Of a stretch of 64,000 bases of DNA, positions 9,689 through 18,839 are shown in pieces. The translations under genes were made by a program, and so were the position numbers. The DNA is taken from positions 672,001 through 736,000 of the forward strand of contig CAWFAK010000017.1 in NCBI GenBank assembly GCA_963813715.1. The letters run 5' to 3'. Position 1 is the stretch's first letter. Each line of letters opens with the position of its first letter. The notes beneath the pieces are model-generated. The model saw nothing but the letters and a program-made list of their open reading frames with translations, was not told where the DNA came from and searched no databases. The stretch is from an uncultured Planctomycetaceae bacterium. GTDB lineage: Bacteria; Planctomycetota; Planctomycetia; Planctomycetales; Planctomycetaceae.

Positions 9689-10024
9689 TGACCTTTTTGC
9701 CGGCACTCTTGCGCCGCCCCTCGGTGGCCTCGCGAGTTCCGTGGAGATTGTCCCCGACCCTTGAGTTGTCTATTTCCCGAGCGCGGATCGAATGCCGATC
9801 GGACCCAGGGCGTCGCGATCGTAAATCAGCAGGTAGGCGGCCCATGCCGAGAAAAATACGACATACGCCGTGAATAGGGCGACAATCCAGATTTTAATGC
9901 TTAGTTCCGCACCCGAGACGGCAACAACCCCGGTCAGGACTGCGAGCACCGCTCCGAACCAAATCGTGGGGCTAAGCACGCTTGATCGCGGTGGATGCTT
10001 AAGAATGTCCGTAATGTTGCTCAC
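9651..10024 (-). CDS. Two-TM hypothetical membrane protein, one frameshift near 9805
   Basis: Two hydrophobic helices in ORF 9770-10318, then DRDAL joins SDRHSIRAREIDNSRVGDN in ORF 9651-9845. Confidence 0.55.
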
Positions 10025-10374
10025 GGATTGTCCGACCCATTCGGCAGGCTTTCTTGTGATCGAGCGGACACGATCGTACAGCGCGGAGCGGGCGGACTGT
10101 AGTGCATCGGCGATATTGAGAATCCCCGCCCGACGTTCCGTGTGCAGCGGGGTCGGGCAGAACCGTCCCGTGGCAAAGCCACGTGTCCCGTCCCAGTCCC
10201 GTCTCACCTGCGCCCGTCCAGTCTGGCGTCGAGCGCTCGGTTTGGCGTCGAATGTCCCGTCCCAATCCCGTCCCAATGTCCCGTCCCGAACAAACGGAGT
10301 CCGGACCGGCCGCGTCATCGCACCTCGCGTAGGGTTTCTCGGGATTCGCTCGACAAAACAATGTGTCCCGTCCC

Positions 10375-11885
10375 GAATGGCACTAACTTAAGGCGTTACT
10401 TGTTTGTGGATCAGGGCTTGTTGAAGTTGGCGACGTGGTTTGTTCATGAGATCGTATTGTTTTGGTCGTCGCTTAGAGGCGCGTGGCTCGCAACGACCTG
10501 GGCGGTGGGGAACAACGATCAGATTTCTGGGGGCCGCGTTGAGCGGGGCATGGCAGAGTCGTCGTTGGGCGTCGATGAAGCTGGTCCGAGTCACCGGCAC
10601 GCGCTGGCGTTTTGCCGAACGCAGCATCACGCAGCGCACCAGATTGTAAACGATGGCGAACATGGCCAGCTCTTTGTGAATCCCGTCGACTGTTTTGGTG
10701 CGCAGCACGTCCATGCGGAGCGTTTGTTTCAGATGCCTGAGATTCGTCTCGATCTGCCAGCGATTCAGATAGAGGTTGGCCAGTTCGACGGCCGGGTAAC
10801 GTCGTTGATCCAAGAGCGTCGTCACGAGGGTCACCTGGCGGACTCGAAACCCCCGTTGAGTGATGCGATAGCGCAGCTCCCGTAGGAGCAGGGATTCGGG
10901 CAGCCGTGCGAAGTCTTCCGGGGTGATCCACGATGGCCGTTGGGTCGGTTTGAACGCCTCGACGATTTGATCGTGTCGGCCCAGCGACTGGACCCAGCGG
11001 GACGTCGGTTGTCCCTTCACGCGTGGGACATTCTTCGCACGCTTCTGCGGCGAGTAAGGCCGCCTTTTTTGGAAGTTGACGATCGTCGCTTGATGGATGC
11101 GAAACACAGCAAAAACGCCGGCTAAATTGAGCAGTGCCAGATGTGCGTAGGAGCAGAATCCCCGATCGCCGACGACCACGTCGTTCGGCTGAAAGGCCTC
11201 GTGCACGCGCTGAACCCGCGACAGGTCATGCGACCGCAAAGGAGCTGGCAGCACCCGCAAGAGAAAGCCAGTGCTGGCATCAAACAGTGTCAGGAGACGG
11301 GCCACCGGAAATCCACAGCCGGGCCGCTGAGCCCCCGATTGCCCGAAGGCCTCCTGCAGCGAGGGTGTGTCGGGCATCGAACAGGCAGAACCATCCACGT
11401 GCCAAAGACGATGACCTCGCCAGCAGTTAGGCACTTGCGCACCAACAGCACGCGCCACCCCCTCCATCAGCCGTTGGAAGAGTTCCAGCGGCAATCGCGC
11501 GCGGGCCTTGCAGTAGGCCTCGCCGGTGACATCCAGATCCAGGAGATGGGGCACGTGATCACAGGCGATGTTGCCCGCCAAGACCTGCCGCAGGAACGCA
11601 TAGACGGTGGTGATCGGATTGAGTGTGCAGTCGCGCCACACGTGATTGAGTTCGCGACAGATCTGCTCGATCCGCTCGGGCGAAAGCGCCTCGGTCACAT
11701 CCCCCTTGACCTGCTCCAAAACAGACTCGATAAATGGCGCCATCCTTGGCCTCCTGTGGAAATGAGTCGTTTAGCAACCTCATTCTCGCAGGAGGCCGGG
11801 ATTCCTCAGAGACGCATTCCGTCACGCTCCTCACCCGACATAAACTTCCAACTGCCAACTCCTTCCGGCTTGAGTTAGTGCATTC
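10375..11885 (-). mobile_element. IS4-family insertion sequence (1,511 bp)
   Basis: TIRs GAATGGCACTAACTTAAG / CTTGAGTTAGTG-CATTC; 11-bp TSD TGTCCCGTCCC at 10364-10374 and 11886-11896. Confidence 0.92.
10388..11743 (-). CDS. IS4-family DDE transposase
   Basis: HVDGS, VGDRGF and YREK (YLNRWQIETNLRHLK) motifs; GGAGG RBS. Confidence 0.93.
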   Translation of the reverse strand: MAPFIESVLEQVKGDVTEALSPERIEQICRELNHVWRDCTLNPITTVYAFLRQVLAGNIACDHVPHLLDLDVTGEAYCKARARLPLELFQRLMEGVARAVGAQVPNCWRGHRLWHVDGSACSMPDTPSLQEAFGQSGAQRPGCGFPVARLLTLFDASTGFLLRVLPAPLRSHDLSRVQRVHEAFQPNDVVVGDRGFCSYAHLALLNLAGVFAVFRIHQATIVNFQKRRPYSPQKRAKNVPRVKGQPTSRWVQSLGRHDQIVEAFKPTQRPSWITPEDFARLPESLLLRELRYRITQRGFRVRQVTLVTTLLDQRRYPAVELANLYLNRWQIETNLRHLKQTLRMDVLRTKTVDGIHKELAMFAIVYNLVRCVMLRSAKRQRVPVTRTSFIDAQRRLCHAPLNAAPRNLIVVPHRPGRCEPRASKRRPKQYDLMNKPRRQLQQALIHKQVTP

Positions 11886-12272
11886 TGTCCCGTCCCAACC
11901 TCAAGGGGTCAGGTCCCAACCTCGAAGCCCCGTCTCGGCTTGCTGGGGATCCTGCGACTCCCTATGTGAAAAAGGATCCCCACCACCAGCAAACCGTCCC
12001 CTTCTTGTCCCGGCTCGCGTTTTTTGCCGGCGGACCGTCGGTGACCACGGTCCAGCTGCTGGCGGGGACATCCGCTCTTCGAGGTCGTGACTCGGACTAG
12101 GCCGCCAGCGCGCTCCGGGAGCGCGAGCGGAGGAGGTCCGCTTCACTCGATTCTGACAGGGTCGGCCAACGGGAAGAAGATCGCGTTTCTAGATCCGTAG
12201 AAACAACGCGCGAAATTGTCGGGCGGGGATTCAGGGAAGCGTCGTCGAGTCCGCAGGCCTGCGGTCGCGAAT

Positions 12273-13928
12273 TCAGTAGGCGTCCGGCACGGGTTCCGAC
12301 TTCTTGCGGTATTGACGCGTCGGCTTGTATTTGGCGTCGGGCAGCGTTTCGTAATCGACGACTCCGACGCGATTGGCCCACGCTTGCCACATGGCCTTCA
12401 GGCGGCGCACGTCATCCGGGCGCTGGGCGGCCAGGTCGTGCGTCTCCGGGCGATCGGCCTTCAGGTCGTAGAGCTGCCATGGCTGGCGGAACTGGGCGAC
12501 GAGTTTCAGATCGCCGTCGCGGATCGCACGGTTTCCCTCGTGCTCCCAGGCGAGCGTGCGAGGGACCGGCGCACGGCCTTCGAGCACAGGCACAAGGCTC
12601 ACTCCCTCCAGCGGCTTCAGCGTGCGTTCCTGAAAAACCTTCGGATATTCGACGTGCGCCAGCTCCAGACAGGTGGGCATCAGGTCGATGACGTGCCCGA
12701 CTTGTGACGTCCACGAACCCGGGTGCTTGATCATCCCGGGCCACGAGATGATCAACGGAGTCGAGATGCCCCCTTCGTGGACCCACATCTTGTGCTCGCG
12801 AAACGGCGTGTTGGCCGCGTTGGCCCAGCCGACTTCGAGGCAACGGTGCGATTCGGCGGTGCCGGTGACGCTTCCCGGTTTGTGCCCGCGCTTGGGATCG
12901 GGATAGGAGTCGAGCGCCTCGGCGCTAGCCCCGTTATCGGAGAAAAAAATCACGACCGTGTTCTCCGTCAGACCGGCTTGCCGAATCTCGTCCAGCACGC
13001 GGGCGATCCCGCGGTCGAGGCATTCGATCATTGCGGCATACACCGACATCCGCAGGTCCCACTCGTTCCGGTCGGCGGCCGGCGTCGCGTCCCAGGCCTT
13101 GGCGATCGGATCGCGCGGCGACAGATTCCATTGCGGATCGATCAGGCCCAACGATTTTTCCCGCGCGAATCGCTGCTTGCGCAATTCGTCCCAACCGGTT
13201 TTGTAGGTGCCGCGATGGCGATCGATGTCCGTCGGGTGCGCCTGCAACGGAAAATGCGGCGCCGTGAAACACAGGTGCAAGAAGAACGGGCGCCCGGCGT
13301 TTTCGCGCTGGTGCTGCCGGATCGCTTCCACGCCCCAATTTGCAAAGACGTCGGTGGCGTAGAAGCCGGGCCACGGCTGAATTTCTGTCAAATCGTCGTA
13401 GAGGGGATAGAGCTTGAAATAGTTGCCCCCGCCTCCCGTGCCGTGCGCATGATCGAAACCGCGATGGATCGGGTGGTTCCGCTGATCCTTCTGACCCACG
13501 CCTCCCACGTGCCATTTCCCGACGTGATACGTGCGATAGCCGTTCGCTTTAAGCAGTTCGGCGATCGTGGCACACTCTTCGTTGAGCCCGTGCGTGTAGC
13601 CGGGCGGGTGCCAGTCTTCGAGCATATGCCCAACACCCGCTTCGTGCGGATAAAGTCCGGTGAGGATCGCCGCCCGGCTCGGGCAGCAGCGGGCACAGTT
13701 GTAAAACTGCTTGAAGCGAATGCCGTTTTCCGCCAGGCGATCGAGCTCGCGCGTGCTGACCTCAGAGCCGTAGCAGCCGAGGTCGGAGAACCCCATGTCG
13801 TCCGCCACGATCATCACGATGTTGGGCCGCGGCTTGACCGGCTGCTCCTTGATCTGGGTCGTGCCGTTCAGCACGGCCAGCGCCATCACGCCGCCGGAGA
13901 TGACACGCAGCAAATAGGTCGGTAACAC
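12273..13928 (-). CDS. Arylsulfatase (FGly-type)
   Basis: PNIVMIVADDMG, CCPSRAAILTG (CxPxR), GKWH, FSDNG; start approximate. Confidence 0.93.
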   Translation of the reverse strand: MLPTYLLRVISGGVMALAVLNGTTQIKEQPVKPRPNIVMIVADDMGFSDLGCYGSEVSTRELDRLAENGIRFKQFYNCARCCPSRAAILTGLYPHEAGVGHMLEDWHPPGYTHGLNEECATIAELLKANGYRTYHVGKWHVGGVGQKDQRNHPIHRGFDHAHGTGGGGNYFKLYPLYDDLTEIQPWPGFYATDVFANWGVEAIRQHQRENAGRPFFLHLCFTAPHFPLQAHPTDIDRHRGTYKTGWDELRKQRFAREKSLGLIDPQWNLSPRDPIAKAWDATPAADRNEWDLRMSVYAAMIECLDRGIARVLDEIRQAGLTENTVVIFFSDNGASAEALDSYPDPKRGHKPGSVTGTAESHRCLEVGWANAANTPFREHKMWVHEGGISTPLIISWPGMIKHPGSWTSQVGHVIDLMPTCLELAHVEYPKVFQERTLKPLEGVSLVPVLEGRAPVPRTLAWEHEGNRAIRDGDLKLVAQFRQPWQLYDLKADRPETHDLAAQRPDDVRRLKAMWQAWANRVGVVDYETLPDAKYKPTRQYRKKSEPVPDAY

Positions 13929-14293
13929 CGTTCTTCTCCCGCGCCTGCGGTGGGGTTGAGGGCACGCGCAAGTCTGGTGGCATTTTTCACGCGTCTCGTG
14001 TTTGGGATATCCCGTCCGCTTGCGGCTGTCCAGTCGCAGCCTGCGGACGCACGGTGAAATGTGCGTCTTTTAACGACTACTCGAATCGCGGCTTTGTGCA
14101 TCCCGCGGATTGCCGGCAGCGTTGACGTGCGCGGCCGGCCGTATGCGATCAGCGTCAGGCTTTTCCGCACGCGCGGGGATCGTACAATCAGGCCATCGCC
14201 GAGCGGCGCGTCCCGTGCCCTGCGGCAGAGACTGGTCGACGTCGACGACGTCCGGGGCCAGCGCAACCCCACTCCAGATGAGAGACTTTGACG

Positions 14294-16571
14294 ATGCACC
14301 GCCGTTTTCGTTTCAGCCTGATCGCCTTACTGGTCGGTTTTGGCGTCGCTCCGGCGCGGGGGGCCGACAAAGTGCGGCTGGAGAATCTGCTCCCGCAGAT
14401 GACCGACTTGTCGCTTTTGAGCGAATATCCCGATCCGCCCTACGTCACCAAACAGTTCAGCAGCTACGACCGGGCCAGCGAACATCCCGGGGTGGAAAGC
14501 TGGTTCGCGAACGGCGATCGCGGCTTCATGCTCTACGACGGCACGATCAACACGGATGTCCCGTTCTTCCATCGCCGTCCGGTGCCGGGGCTGCCCGAAG
14601 CTGGTCGCTTTACGAAGGGCACACGGGTCGGCATTGCGCCAACGCACAAGCCGGTTGATGGTTATGTGTGGGCCTACACGACCACCGCGGACGGCCGCGC
14701 GCAGGACGGCAAGATTCCGCAGGGTTACGTCGTGCGGTCCGCGATCGAGATGGATCGGCAGGGGCACGTGCTGGCTGAGATGGACGGGCCCGGTTGCGTC
14801 GTACGCATCTGGTCCGCCAACCCGAAAGACGCCGGCAGGATTCGCATCTATCTCGACGGGGCCGAGCAGCCGGTGATCGAGGCGAAACTGGAAGCGCTCC
14901 TGGCCGGCAAGTGGCAGACCACGATCGATGGCAAGGAGACGACCCCCTTCCCGGACCCGGTCGCCTGCGAGCGCTCGCGCGGCTTCACGCTCTACTTCCC
15001 GATCGCCTACGCCCGCCACTGCAAGATCACGGTCGACCGCCCGAACATCTACTACCACGTCGACTACCGGACGTATCCGCAGGAGACCGAGGTCGAAACG
15101 TTTACCCTCGAAGGATTGGCTGCGAGAATCCCGCCAAGTGCATGAGGTTGTCGAAGAAGCTACGCCGGCCTGCCCGCAAGGAGCCACCGGTGCTGCAGAC
15201 ATTCGGGCCCGCCACTCTCAAGCCCGGTGATTCAATGCGTCTCGGGCCCTCGAATGCGGACAGTCTTCAAGCGATCAGAATGATTGGGGCGCGGCTCAAC
15301 GCTGCCGGGCCTCCTGCAGAAGCCTGGCGCGGGGTCGTGCTCACGATGACGTTCGACGGAGCCCAAAAGCCCCAGATTTCGTGTCCGCTTGGTGATTTCT
15401 TTGCGACCAGTCCCGGTTTGCAACCGTATACATCGCTTCCGTTCGACGTGGGCGGATCGGGCTCGCACGACCTGATGAAGTCGTGGTGGACGATGCCGTT
15501 CGAGAAGTCCGTGGACATCGAGCTGCGAAATCTTGGCAAAGAGCCGGTCAAAATTGAATTCCAACTCGGGATTAGCCCGCTACCACTGGACCGATCGCTC
15601 CATGCACTTTCACGCGAAGTGGCGGACCGAGACGCTGCACACCCGCCCGTTTCGCGATTGGACGTATTGCGACATCAAGGGCAAAGGGGTCTTTGTCGGC
15701 GACATGCTGACCCTCGTCAATTCGGTGCGCGACTGGTGGGGCGAAGGCGACGAGAAGATTTTCGTCGACGGCGAATCGTTCCCGAGCTGGTTTGGCACCG
15801 GCAGCGAGGACTATTACAGCTACGCCTGGAGCGATCCGAAGCCGTTCCAGCATCCCTACCATAACCAGACCCGCTGCGACGGGCCGGGCAACCGCGGTTG
15901 GACGAGCGTCAACCGCTTTCACATTCTCGACAATATCCCGTTCGAGAAGTCGTTCCGCTTCGACATGGAGTTCTGGCACTGGAAGCCGAACATCGACGTG
16001 CCCTACGCCGCGACGAGCTATTGGTACGCGCAGACCGGGCGCCAAGGACGATTTTCACGAGCCCGATGCCAAAACGCTGCAATCGCTGCCCAAGGCCCCT
16101 CCGCCCGCTCAGGCGTATCGCATCAAAGGAGCGCTCGAAGGCGAGAAGCTACGAATCGCGAAGAAGAGCAGCGATTTCGACATCGATCCGCAGAACATGA
16201 CCGCCTTTGGCGACGGCAACTGGAGCGGCGCGAGCCACTTGTGGGGCCGCCCCGGCAAGGCCGGTGAGTGGGTGGACCTCGAACTGCCCGTGAAGGCGAC
16301 GGGTCGCTATGGCGTTGTCGTCTATCTGACGAAGGCTCGCGACTACGGTATTGTGCAGTTCGACGTGAATGGCAAGCCGCTCGGTGAGAAGGTCGACTGC
16401 TGCCACGCGAACGGCGTCGTCGCCACGGGAGCGATCGACCTGGGCACCGTCGAGCTGCAGAAAGGGACGGCCACGCTCCGAGTTCAAGTCGTGGGCACCA
16501 ATCCCAAGTCCGATGGCCTGCGTTACATGTGGGGTCTCGATTGCGTAGTCCTCAAGCCGGCCGAGCAGTAA
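14294..16571 (+). CDS. Secreted DUF2961/GH172-like glycoside hydrolase, frameshifts near 15135, 15575 and 16035
   Basis: Signal peptide; FSSYDR, GPGCVVRIWSAN, CPLGDFF, WWGEGDEKIFVDGE, FGTGSEDYY motifs across ORFs 14288, 14794, 15533, 15792. Confidence 0.8.
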
Positions 16572-16692
16572 CGGCGGTAGGTTTGGGCGATCAGGCTCGA
16601 ATGATTCACCCTCGATAGGTGTTAATCCGTCACACGGTTCGCGGTCGTGATTGAGGGCGCACTTCGCGACGTTTGACGTGAGGGAACTTTGG

Positions 16693-17735
16693 ATGCCTGG
16701 TGCACACTCTGGCTCGATTGTGATTGCCGGAGGGAGTGGGTTTCTGGGCGTCTCGCTGGCGACCTGGCTTGCGAACCGTGGCCGGTCGATCGTGATCCTG
16801 TCGCGCCGACCGCCCGCGCTTGATGGTCCGTGGCGGCACGTGCGCTGGGATGCGCGTCGCCTGGGAGATTGGGGTCGAGAACTCTCGGGCGCTGCGGGAC
16901 TGGTGAACCTCGTCGGTCGTAGCGTCGACTGTGCGAAAACTCCCGAACATTGCGATGAAATCCTCCGATCTCGTGTGGAGGCGACGCGCGTACTCGGGCA
17001 GGCTCTCCGCACCGTCGAGGATCCGCCGCCCGTTTGGGTGCAAATGAGCACGGCTCACATCTACGGCGATCCGCCGAAAATCACTTGCACCGAAGATTCA
17101 CCGTTCGGCTATGGGCTTGCGCGCCGTTCGTTGCTCAGGCATGGGAAGACGAATTTCGGGCCGGGCTCTTGCCGACGCAGCGCGGCGTGGTGCTGCGAGC
17201 GGGCTTCGTGCTCGGGCGGAATCGGGGAGTGGGCGACGGGGCCCTGGGCCGTTTACAAATGGTCGTGCGGCTGGGCCTCGGGGGACGCATCGGACTCGGC
17301 ACGCAAGGCATGAGCTGGATCCACGAAGCCGACTTGAACCGCCTATTCGAGCGAGGCCTGGACGATCCCGCCATGCAGGGAGCCTACGTCGCCTCGGGCC
17401 CCAATCCGGTTTCACAGCAGATTTTCATGGAAATCTTGCGGCGAGCGCTCGGCCGGCGTTTAGGTTTGCCTGCTCCCGCATGGCTCGTCCGCTTCGGCGC
17501 CCGGTGGGTTTTGAGGACCGATCCGGAGTTGGCGCTTTCTGGGCGCTATGTCGTCTCAAAGCGCCTGCAGGACGAAGGGTTCGCGTTTCAGTTTCCGCAC
17601 CTGAGCGGTGCGCTTGCCGACCTGTTGATGCAAACGCAGCCTTCGCCGTCGCCGGAACCTGTTGCACGGCACGATTTCCGCGACGAATCGCCCCGGAGCG
17701 GATCAGTTGATGGTTCGCTCCAGCGGCTCGGCTAG
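16693..17735 (+). CDS. TIGR01777/YfcH-like NAD-dependent epimerase, frameshift near 17118
   Basis: [42 protein letters not shown]. Confidence 0.85.
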
Positions 17736-18725
17736 TTTGTGGAGTGAGGCGAGCAGCCGGTCGAAGCCGGCGAAGTCGAGAGATTGGGCTCCATCGGACA
17801 TCGCTCGATCGGGTTCGGGGTGAACTTCGATCAAGAGTCCGTCGGCGCCTGCCGCGAGGGAGGCGCGGGCCATCGCGGGGACATAGTCGCGCTTGCCCGT
17901 GCCATGACTGGGGTCGACCAGGATCGGCAGGTGCGAGAGGGCCTTGGCCGGGGGCACGACCGAGAGGTCGAGCGTGTTGCGGCTGTGATCCGAAAACGTG
18001 CGCACGCCCCGCTCGCAGAGGATGACTTCTTTGTTGCCGCCCGCCATGACGTACTCGGCGGCCATCAGCCATTCCTCCAACGTGGCGGCCATCCCCCGCT
18101 TCAGCAGCACCGGCTTGCGGGCCAGCCCCACCCTCTTGAGCAGGCTGAAGTTCTGCATGTTGCGGGTGCCGATCTGAATGATGTCGGCCGCTTGCTCGAC
18201 CGCGTCGGCGTTTTCGGTGTCCATCAACTCGGTGACGATGCCGATCCCTGTTTTCTTCCGCACTTTGGCCAGGATCTCGAGCCCTTCGACACCCAGGCCT
18301 TGAAAGGCATACGGGCTCGAGCGCGGCTTGAAGGCGCCGGCTCGAAGCAGGTTGACTCCGTGGCCGCGGAGAAACTCGGCCGTGCGTAGGATCATGTCCT
18401 CGTTTTCGACCGAGCACGGGCCGGCAATCATCGTGAAGGTGCCCGGGCCGATCGTCGTCTTCGTGTGGGGAATCTGAACATACGTGTCGGCCTCGTGCAT
18501 TTCGCGACTGGCCAGCTTGTACGGCTTCGTGACGCGGACGAGATCCTCGACGCCCGGCAGGACCTCCAGCGAGCGGGCGTCGATCGCCGTGTTGTTGCCC
18601 GTGATGCCGATGGCCGTCCGCGTCGGGCCGGGCATCGGATGCGGCTGCAGCTTCATCCGCTGAATCGCGGCGATCACCCGATCGATTTCTTCCGGGGTGG
18701 CATGGCTGCTCATCACGACAAGCAT
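17703..18725 (-). CDS. aroF: DAHP synthase (type I-beta) with N-terminal regulatory domain
   Basis: IAGPCSVE, GAFKPRSSPYAFQG, IGTRNMQN, LCERG, DPSHGTG. Confidence 0.95.
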   Translation of the reverse strand: MLVVMSSHATPEEIDRVIAAIQRMKLQPHPMPGPTRTAIGITGNNTAIDARSLEVLPGVEDLVRVTKPYKLASREMHEADTYVQIPHTKTTIGPGTFTMIAGPCSVENEDMILRTAEFLRGHGVNLLRAGAFKPRSSPYAFQGLGVEGLEILAKVRKKTGIGIVTELMDTENADAVEQAADIIQIGTRNMQNFSLLKRVGLARKPVLLKRGMAATLEEWLMAAEYVMAGGNKEVILCERGVRTFSDHSRNTLDLSVVPPAKALSHLPILVDPSHGTGKRDYVPAMARASLAAGADGLLIEVHPEPDRAMSDGAQSLDFAGFDRLLASLHKLAEPLERTIN

Positions 18726-18839
18726 GGCGATCGCTCCGGGCCGCGGGCGTGCGATGTGCGTCACCGCGGCTCGGCATTCAGAATACACGGCCGACGGAGG
18801 CCTTTGCAGTCGCCGCGAGATGCAACCGGTCGAATGGGA

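Larger units (their letters stand above)
6431..10180 (-). mobile_element. 3,750-bp cargo-carrying transposon (IS5/IS903-like ends, SWIM-DDE transposase)
   Basis: Ends GGCTTTGC (6431-6438) / GCAAAGCC (10173-10180); identical 10-bp flanks ACGTGTCCCG at 6421-6430 and 10181-10190. Confidence 0.88.
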
